From the IMG/VR virus record IMGVR_UViG_3300042475_000999, positions 1-54,511 of that record: DNA of 54,511 nucleotides. The stretch is one strand, 5' to 3'. The translations under genes and the position numbers were made by a program. This document shows, piece after piece, positions 17,952 through 26,200 of this stretch; position 1 is the stretch's first letter, and each line of letters opens with the position of its first letter. The stretch comes from a virus (taxonomy: Duplodnaviria; Caudoviricetes). The notes beneath the pieces are model-generated. The model worked only from the letters and a program-made list of their open reading frames with translations, made no database searches and had not been told where the DNA came from.

Positions 17952-20039
17952 ATGTCATCAGGATTCGCATCACAAACAACACAGCCGAGTGAATTATACA
18001 CAAACTTCCTATCGGCAAGGGCATTTGAGGATACAGATATACAGGCCTTGGGCCTATCTCTCCTTGACCCCGAGGAATGTTACCAATTACTAGGCCACAC
18101 TCGTGAGTGGAGCATCAAAATCCCGTATTTTGATATGCAGGGCCAAGAAACCGGCTTTAATCGGGTCAGGATACTGACACCGAAGGGCAAAATGAAGTAT
18201 TCTCAGGCTCGAGCCAGCGGAAGCCACGTATACTTTCCACCAACTATCGGTTGGAAGCAGGTCGCGCAGGATGTAGATGTTCCCATCATCATCACCGAGG
18301 GTGAGTTTAAGACATGGGCTATCACCAAGCAAATCAGCAAGGACACCCTTAACTACGCCACCTTAGGTTTAGCCGGTGTTACAAGTTGGACTGACAAATC
18401 TGGTTTACACCTGCACAAAGACCTAATGAAGATCATATGGCAGCGTAAGACCAGCTTCGCTGAGAAGCACCGCAAGGTTTACATTGTCTTTGATTATGAT
18501 GGGGCCGGTGAGGATGGTGAGCCTAATGAACAGGTTGGCATGGCAGAAACAAAGCTTGCTGTCACGCTCCGTGGGCTAGGGGCTGAGGTACACCTTTGCC
18601 GTGTCGGCAGGTTCGGTGCTGGTAAGGGTAGCAAATACGCTATTGATGACCATCTACAAGCCGGCGGCAATCTTGGCCAAGTCCTCACCAGCACCAGCAC
18701 GGTGATGAACGGCATCGACACCCTCGAGACCAAGCTTTATGAGTTCAAAACTCAGTACGCACTTATCAACGGCGATGTGATCAGGCTCAAAGACGGCTTA
18801 ATTCTTGGTTGGAACAAGGCACGTATTGACGCCGCGCAGGATTACTTCGTGCAAGTCACGCAACGGCCAAACGGTGGCACCAGCAGCAAGACCATCTATA
18901 TCTTGGATGCCTATAAGGACTGGGCAAAGCGGTGTGATCTGGATGGCGTAGGCATGTATCCCGAGTATCAAGGCCTCACTATCACACCAACTAGGCATTA
19001 CAACCTGTTCAAGGACTGGTCCAATGAGCCCGTTGTGGGTGATCCTACACCTTACCTTGAGTTTTGTGAGTACTTTTTTAGAGATGAGCCTGCTTTTGCC
19101 GACTACTGGCATAACTGGGTGGCCAATGTTGTCCAATTCCCATGGAGAAGGAACTACACCACACCGCAGTTCGCATCCTCCATTGAGGGCATCGGCAAAT
19201 CAGCTATCGCCGAGTTTATAGCCGAGATGCTAGGCATTGGGGACGGTGGGCCTGCAGCTATCATCGGGCCTGATGAGCTGTTTGGCAACTTCAACGGTAT
19301 GTTGAAGGGTAAGATCTTCATAGTCGTGAATGAACCATCGTCTGATCGTGACGACCACTCGGCGAAGCTTAAGAACTACATCACATCTAATGAGCTCACT
19401 ATCAACAATAAGTATGGCGCCCAGTACGCCATCACTAACTACATCAACTTCGTATTCACGACAAATAAGAGCTACGTCACGCACATGGGTGATACCGCAA
19501 GGCGTGAAGCTATCTACAGTCCTGCTAGCTTGTCCAACCAAGAAACACATCCCAAGGTCATGGCTTTGATGAAGTGGGCCAAGGCGCAGCAGGGCTTTGG
19601 CATCATGCTTAACTGGTACATGAATCGTGATATATCGAGCTTTGATTGCAAACAGGCAGCACCAAAGACTCAGTATCGTGAGACTGCGATCCAGCTTTCC
19701 AAGACTCCACTTGAAGCTTTTGCATTGGAACTTAAAGCTTGGGTCAATGATCACCTTGATGGCATGGCTGCTTTTACAGCGCCGCAGCTGCAGATTCTGT
19801 GTGAGCGTTGGGGCCACGACAGCAAGGCCAAGGCGCAATACATACGTAAAGCTCTGCAACCCCAAGGGACAATTGATCCTAGTAAGCTCATCAAAGTGCA
19901 TGGTAAGCCTTCACGATATACCACGTTTATCACGTCTGAGGTAACATTAGCTCGAAGGGTCGAGCCGACTTGGTCACAGGTTGTCACGAGAACAGAGGAC
20001 GCAATGCAGCGTGAATTGGAGCAAAATGGTAGCTTCTAG
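17952..20039 (+). CDS. Primase-helicase (DUF3854-like Toprim + SF3/DUF5906-like helicase)
   Basis: IIITEGEFK and VFDYD Toprim motifs; EGIGKS Walker A, IVVNE, FTTN, RRE. Confidence 0.88.
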   Translation: MSSGFASQTTQPSELYTNFLSARAFEDTDIQALGLSLLDPEECYQLLGHTREWSIKIPYFDMQGQETGFNRVRILTPKGKMKYSQARASGSHVYFPPTIGWKQVAQDVDVPIIITEGEFKTWAITKQISKDTLNYATLGLAGVTSWTDKSGLHLHKDLMKIIWQRKTSFAEKHRKVYIVFDYDGAGEDGEPNEQVGMAETKLAVTLRGLGAEVHLCRVGRFGAGKGSKYAIDDHLQAGGNLGQVLTSTSTVMNGIDTLETKLYEFKTQYALINGDVIRLKDGLILGWNKARIDAAQDYFVQVTQRPNGGTSSKTIYILDAYKDWAKRCDLDGVGMYPEYQGLTITPTRHYNLFKDWSNEPVVGDPTPYLEFCEYFFRDEPAFADYWHNWVANVVQFPWRRNYTTPQFASSIEGIGKSAIAEFIAEMLGIGDGGPAAIIGPDELFGNFNGMLKGKIFIVVNEPSSDRDDHSAKLKNYITSNELTINNKYGAQYAITNYINFVFTTNKSYVTHMGDTARREAIYSPASLSNQETHPKVMALMKWAKAQQGFGIMLNWYMNRDISSFDCKQAAPKTQYRETAIQLSKTPLEAFALELKAWVNDHLDGMAAFTAPQLQILCERWGHDSKAKAQYIRKALQPQGTIDPSKLIKVHGKPSRYTTFITSEVTLARRVEPTWSQVVTRTEDAMQRELEQNGSF

Positions 20040-20049
20040 TACACTGCAG

Positions 20050-20210
20050 CAGTTACCTGTTACTCGACTGTTACTTCGCAAAGCCTTATCCAGATTGAAT
20101 AGTAACAGAGTAACAGTAAGTAACAATATTTTTATAAAAGATATTAGATATAAGAATATAGTATAGCTATATAGTTTTCTGGACCATATGTTACCTTGTT
20201 ACCGTTACCT
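20050..20210. repeat. Candidate replication origin: 9 GTTAC/GTAAC pentamers around an AT-rich core
   Basis: GTTAC at 20052, 20059, 20070; GTAAC at 20102, 20110, 20120; GTTAC at 20190, 20198, 20204; AT-rich 20125-20180; lies directly after the primase-helicase. Confidence 0.65.
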
Positions 20211-20257
20211 GCTGAATAAAATGTACACACTTCCAACTTTATGATTACAATCCGCAC

Positions 20258-20728
20258 ATGACTACAAAGACACCATCTAAGAACGGAAAGTTCTTGGGAC
20301 GTCCTTCAAAGTACGATCCCGCATACTGCGACGCCATCATGGAGCTCGGCAAAGAGGGCTTATCACGTTGGCAAATCTGTTCGCGCTTGAACATTGGCAT
20401 CCACAACATGAATGCTTGGGAAGGCGCACATGAAGATTTTCGCGGTGCCTTGGATCAAGCACGACTTGATGCGCTCTCATACTGGGAAGACTTGGCGCAT
20501 GATCACATACGTGAAGCTCCTGGCGGCGTGAGACTCAACACTGGGTTGTGGAGCCGAAGCATGGCAGCACGCTTCCCCGAGCAATACCGCGAGAACTCCA
20601 AGCTTGAGGTCACAGGCAAGAATGATGGGCCTGTGCAGGTTGATGTGGTGCATGACTTCTCACAAGCTTTGTTGGATGATCTCCTAGCTACGCGCCAAGC
20701 CGATGCTAAGCCAAGCAAGAGCAAGTGA
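20258..20728 (+). CDS. terS: Terminase small subunit
   Basis: GRPSKYDP HTH start, W...H.DF, EVTGKNDGPVQ; directly upstream of TerL. Confidence 0.85.
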   Translation: MTTKTPSKNGKFLGRPSKYDPAYCDAIMELGKEGLSRWQICSRLNIGIHNMNAWEGAHEDFRGALDQARLDALSYWEDLAHDHIREAPGGVRLNTGLWSRSMAARFPEQYRENSKLEVTGKNDGPVQVDVVHDFSQALLDDLLATRQADAKPSKSK

Positions 20729-22130
20729 GTTCGCCGATCGGATCCGCAAGGGTCCTGATCTTAACCTCATGGCGGATGAGCGCAAAGCTGTGCACAAGGC
20801 GCGGCAAGCTTGGCTCACAATAGCCAATGATCATCAGATCCCTCCACCCGGCGACTGGTGGACTGTATGGCTTTTGCTCGCAGGCCGAGGCGCAGGCAAG
20901 ACTCGCGCAGCTGCCGAGTGGCTGTGGTACGAAGCTTGGACGCACCCTAAGACTCGATGGCTTGTCTCCGCGCCTACATCATCCGATGTACGCGATGTTT
21001 GCTTTGAAGGCGACTCAGGTCTGACAACGGTGATCCCAGAGCAGCTGATCCACCACTACACGCGATCCTTGCATGAGATAGTCCTCATCAACGGGTCGCT
21101 GATCAAAGGCATCCCTGCTTCTGAGCCTTCACGATTCCGAGGTCCGCAGTTCCATGGCGGCTGGTTCGACGAGCTTGCTGCATGGGACTACCTTGACGAA
21201 TCCTGGGACATGATTCAGTTCGGTATGCGCTTAGGTCAGAAGCCTAAGATGCTATGCACCACAACGCCTAAGCCCAAGCCATTAATCGTGGATCTGGTGA
21301 ACAGAGATGGGGAGGATGTGATATGTACCAAGGCCAGCACGTACGACAACATCCACAACCTCGCCCCATCGTTCAAAGCGCAGATCCTGCAATACGAGGG
21401 CACGAAGCTTGGACGCCAAGAGATCTACGCCGAGATTCTAGATCCTGAAGAGGCAGGCATCATCAAGCGTGATTGGTTCAAGCTGTGGGACAACGAGAAG
21501 CCGCTGCCTAGATTTGAGTACGTGCTTCAGTCTTATGACTGCGCGACCAGTGACAAGACCAAGAACGACCCGACTGCCTGCACTGTGTGGGGTATCTTCA
21601 GGCCAAGTCCCGACAAAGCTATGAGTGTCATGCTCATCGACTGCTGGGAGGAGTACATGCAGTATCCCGAGTTGCGACCCAAGGTGATCGAGGAGTCCAC
21701 CGCCATTTACGGTGATGAGAACGAGTTTGGTCACGGGAAAAAGGTAGACATGATCTTGATCGAAGACAAGTCAGCTGGCACGCAGCTTATCCAAGATCTG
21801 CAACGCGCAGGTCTGCCTGTGAGAAGCTACAATCCCGGGAACGCGGACAAGACTACACGCCTTAACATCGTGGCTCCCATCATAGCCAAGGGCAGAGTCT
21901 ACATTCCCGAGTCCTCGGTCAATGCAGGCATGGCTCGTGATTGGGCAGAGCCTTTGATTAGCCAACTATGCTCTTTCCCCGAAGTCCGGCACGATGACTT
22001 GGTGGACTCCACATCTCAAGCTTTAAGACTTTTGCGAGACTTAGGGTTAATTTCCATCGACCCGGTATACAATCCTGATGACGACTACGAAGAAGATCGT
22101 CCAAGGAGGGTAAACCCATATGCAGTATGA
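20703..22130 (+). CDS. terL: Terminase large subunit
   Basis: AGRGAGKT Walker A, RGPQF..WFDE Walker B, TTTP, GRQEIYAE, nuclease SYD and HDDLVDSTSQAL. Confidence 0.95.
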   Translation: MLSQARASEFADRIRKGPDLNLMADERKAVHKARQAWLTIANDHQIPPPGDWWTVWLLLAGRGAGKTRAAAEWLWYEAWTHPKTRWLVSAPTSSDVRDVCFEGDSGLTTVIPEQLIHHYTRSLHEIVLINGSLIKGIPASEPSRFRGPQFHGGWFDELAAWDYLDESWDMIQFGMRLGQKPKMLCTTTPKPKPLIVDLVNRDGEDVICTKASTYDNIHNLAPSFKAQILQYEGTKLGRQEIYAEILDPEEAGIIKRDWFKLWDNEKPLPRFEYVLQSYDCATSDKTKNDPTACTVWGIFRPSPDKAMSVMLIDCWEEYMQYPELRPKVIEESTAIYGDENEFGHGKKVDMILIEDKSAGTQLIQDLQRAGLPVRSYNPGNADKTTRLNIVAPIIAKGRVYIPESSVNAGMARDWAEPLISQLCSFPEVRHDDLVDSTSQALRLLRDLGLISIDPVYNPDDDYEEDRPRRVNPYAV

Positions 22131-23295
22131 CGAAGAACTGGCCCGTATGCGAGCACAGATGCTTGCTAAAGAAGAGGAAGAGCCTCCTGTCTTTGACGAC
22201 GGCGCTCGATTCTTAGGGCAAAACCCCAACATGATGCAGGTTGGCTTATTCGGCCGACCAAAGAAGCCGGTAGCACCACCAACCGCGCCCCCAGTTAACT
22301 TACAACGGCGATCGATCTTAGGCCTGACGCCTTTGCCTGCTGAGTTGCCTGCTGTGATCCCACCTGCGCAGCCAAAACTAACGCCGCAGCAAATGGAGCA
22401 GGCCGTGAAGCCGCAAGCAACGTTCCCAGGTCCGCACCCTGATGTGTACGCAGGCGGACCGTTCATGAGCATGGGTGACATGGGTGATGTAATCAAACGT
22501 CACCTTGAAGAAAGAAAACCTTGGACACCTCCAGCAGAGCGCGAAGCAACGCCGCCTGCAGCGCCATCCGCAAACCCGCTTCAGACTTTGGCAGACAAGG
22601 CACTAAACGCGCCAATGTCAAGACGCGATGTACTAAAGCGCGCAGGCCAAGCAGCATTGCAACAAGTTGTGCCAATGCCTAGTGTTACAGACGTCATACC
22701 TCAGGTTATGTCGCCATTAACTGAAGCTGTTACAACTACTGCAGCAACTGCTGCGTCTGGCATGTCGCCTGCAATTGCATCTGTACTTCGCAACATGTTG
22801 AAAGAGCGTATGGATGATGTTATGGCGTACGGCGAAGATGAGGTGCCTATAACTGTTGAAAAGTTTTTGGGGTATGCGCCTGACTTTGACCCCGCGTTGA
22901 AAAAAGATATTACGCGTGAGCTCAAAGAATACAACGACTTAACGCAAGAAAAAGGGCAATACCTTGAGCGTTATGACGACATACGCGATAGAGAGTATGA
23001 GTTAGCTGAGTACCTTGAACCGCTTGTTGATCGCATGCCCGGTGATAAAGCTTGGCAAGAATTGACTAGTCACATGGAGTTTGATGACTACTTAAACGAG
23101 CACGGCGAACTAGGCTTAGCAAAACAATTCCGCAACGCAGGCGCAACCAAGCAAGAAGTGATTGACTTTTTGGATACGTATTATATGGGCTTTGACCCTG
23201 ATGATAAAAACTTTGCGCGTGGTCTAAATAGGTTATACGCAAAACCTCTTGCACAACCAAAGCCAAAAGCAAAACCTAAGTCTAAGGGCAAATAA
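22120..23295 (+). CDS. Hypothetical late protein with internal twin-arginine-like motifs
   Basis: Pro-rich N-half containing QRRSILG and SRRDVLK, acidic C-half, Lys-rich tail. Confidence 0.7.
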   Translation: MQYDEELARMRAQMLAKEEEEPPVFDDGARFLGQNPNMMQVGLFGRPKKPVAPPTAPPVNLQRRSILGLTPLPAELPAVIPPAQPKLTPQQMEQAVKPQATFPGPHPDVYAGGPFMSMGDMGDVIKRHLEERKPWTPPAEREATPPAAPSANPLQTLADKALNAPMSRRDVLKRAGQAALQQVVPMPSVTDVIPQVMSPLTEAVTTTAATAASGMSPAIASVLRNMLKERMDDVMAYGEDEVPITVEKFLGYAPDFDPALKKDITRELKEYNDLTQEKGQYLERYDDIRDREYELAEYLEPLVDRMPGDKAWQELTSHMEFDDYLNEHGELGLAKQFRNAGATKQEVIDFLDTYYMGFDPDDKNFARGLNRLYAKPLAQPKPKAKPKSKGK

Positions 23296-23297
23296 TT

Positions 23298-26200
23298 ATG
23301 TATGAAGTACCGTTTGGCGAAGAAGGTGGTAGCGGTGACTTAGACAAGATGCGATTGGCTTTGGCCAAACAGAATAGGCCTGCGCCTACGCCGCCGTCTG
23401 CAGCTTCGCAGATCCCCGGGTATGGCAAACCAGTCCCACCTGCGCAAACAAAGCCTGACCCCTTAGGCGCGGCGGCAGGTAACTTCACCGAGTTGGCTAC
23501 AAAGTACAACCCGCTGATGATGATGAAGTCCATGCAGGAGTCTGTGCGCACTCTCAACCCAGTCCCACCAATTGCGGGCGCATGGGCTGACGTGGCGCAA
23601 AACGTACAGACCGCCGGCGCAGAGGCGATGTACGACATACTTGGCAATCCGCAAGGTATTATGAAGATGCAAAAGAACTATGTGCCTGTTACTACAGGAC
23701 GGTTCTACCAAGCACCAACAACGCAGCTAGGCAAAGAGTTTGAGACAGATGTGACCAAGGCGATGGACGCGTCCAAGATGCCTGCCGTTTGGCCTATGGC
23801 CTTGAACCAGCCAATTAGACCGCCAATTACCCCTAATGACGTCCGCGTTATGGGCGCTGAGGCCACAAGAATAGGCAGGCAAGTCAAGGATATACCTACA
23901 GACTTCTACAACGCGCAATCCGGCCTGCAGAAGTTAGACCCGATCACAGGTCAGCCAACGTATGGCGCCAAGCTTCAGGGCGTGGCTGAAAGCGTAGGTG
24001 ACATTGCTGCAGCACGCCGAGCCGAAGGCAAGAGTCTGATCCCCGGGATTCCAGATGTCGTAACGCCTGAGACAAGTCTGTATGCAGTACGCCCGCAAGG
24101 CTCACGCTTGGTACGACCCACAGTGCCTGAAGGCGCAAACCTTTCTCGCACTTGGGACAAAGAAGTTTTGGAAGATGTTAGCACTGGGCCAATGTCGCCT
24201 AGTGGAGCTTGGAACGTTATTGATAACACTGTGTTGGCGCAGGGCCCGCAACGTACGGCGTTTCGAAAGTTCATGGAAGATAAGTACAAAGAGATGTATC
24301 CGGACGCGCCGTCGATTACAGAAGCCAAAGACGCGTTTCAGACAATGTATAACAATAGAGATACAAGGGCTGCTAAGGTCTTAGAATTCTATGATGAGTT
24401 TCTCCAAGCGCCTGAAGGCGCAATTGTAGGCGCAAACAACTTACTTACACCAACTGAAGTCAAAGCTCGTCATGACGCGGCTTCGCAATGGCTTAACAGC
24501 AATTTGCTTAACTACATTCAAAAGAACGTAGGCACAGAAGGCGACCCCTTGGTTAAAGCAGCCAGTGAAGGTCTTACTTTTTTGCCTTCTGAAAAGTATG
24601 AAAACGCGTTGCAATCAACGGGTGGTAAGTCTAACGTCGAGGAAAACAGACGCAGAGGCAACATGCCTATTGAAGGCAGCCTTGCTGAGCCTATTGCAAA
24701 GAAAGAGTCTGAGCTTGCTGAGGCGCAAAGCAAGCTTAATGAGATTGAAGCCAAGCGTCGTAACTTGTCAGACATTGCCATGAAGCAAGGTTTGCCCGAT
24801 CCGGCAATGCTGCCTGAGTACGCGGCACTGACCAACCCGGTGCGCAACGCTGTTCGTGAGCGTGACAGAGTCGAAGAGCAGCTTGACAACTTAAAGCTGG
24901 GGCGTAAATATGAGGCAGCTGTTGACTATGGCGTGACTCCGCATACTGCTGAAGACTTCCTGGGTCGTAAGTTGGAGTACAGCGAACGTCAGTTCTATCC
25001 CACGGTACTAAAGACGCCTCCACAAGAAAATGTGTACCGCACATACGGCGCGCACTTGGATGCGCTAGGCTTTAATAAGTTGGCGCAAAGCTTTTACAGC
25101 GACGTTATGTCAGGCGACATACCGCTGGACAAAGTCGGTAAGATGACCGTAGAGAACTACGTACGCAAAACTGCCAAGGCTAGAGTTGATGAAGAAAGAC
25201 TTGCTAAGGAAGCGGCCAAGGCGTATAAGCGTAATGCTGAAGCAACACTGCAACAGCGCGCTGCAGCCATACCCAATGACAAGACCTTTGGCAATGCAGG
25301 TATGATTGAGCTTACCAAAGACACACCGGAGTACGACATCATTCGTACTATGAGTGAAGACACCGCGGTGTTGGATCATTGCGTAGGACAGGGTGGCTCA
25401 GCTAGAGGCAGTGAAGACAGGAACCCATGGTACGGCAATAGCCAACGTTCATATGAACCTATCCTTGACTTGGTAACAGGCCAACCTAACCCACGCGCCA
25501 GTAGTGATAGAACATCGTATGTTAACTACGTGCAAAATGGAGACAAGATTATTAGTGTGCGTGACTTGACTACGGGCTTGCCGCAAGCAACATTGCATCT
25601 TGAGCAATCTCGCATCGGCAATAGCGGCCAGCAAAAGTACAGCATTGGCTACGCATCGGGTCACCAAAATGGCGACATTGACGCCAAGTACTCAGGCGCA
25701 ATTAGGGATTACCTAAACTCAATTGCTGACGAGATCGATAGCTCGGGTCATAACTTGCAAAGCCATGCCGGTGTGTTTGACATGTATGACGGCGGCTTTC
25801 TTAATGACATGCGCAAGCAACTTAACATGAGCAAGCAGGAGCTTTCAAAGTATAACTTGGAAGATATGCTGCCACGCTTCATGACCGTGTCCGATGCGCG
25901 CGCTGCGATCAAGGCTGCTAATCTTGCCAATGCAGAACCTGCCAAAGCTGAGCTGATTGAACTAAACGCTGCAATAGAAGATGCAATACAAGAGCATGCT
26001 GATCTTATGCGCGTGGCAAGACGCAGACCAATGGATGACGCAGACCGCAATCACGTTGCCGAGTTGGAAGCCAATATAAATACTATGCGTCAGCGTATTA
26101 GAGATCTTGAGCAACCTGTGGTGGCACCTGTGCCTGCAACGCAGTCTAACATGACGTACCGCACGCCTTCACTTGTTGAGGCAAATACTATCATTGGTAG

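Noticed and set aside
17798-17992. 64-aa ORF upstream of the primase
   Set aside because: TTG start, no SD, overlaps the primase start and lies in the control region; probably spurious.
19230-19901. Long antisense ORFs (also 26090-26809, 30008-30532, 34341-34898, 51932-52936)
   Set aside because: Shadows of well-supported genes on the opposite strand, with no motifs or SD.
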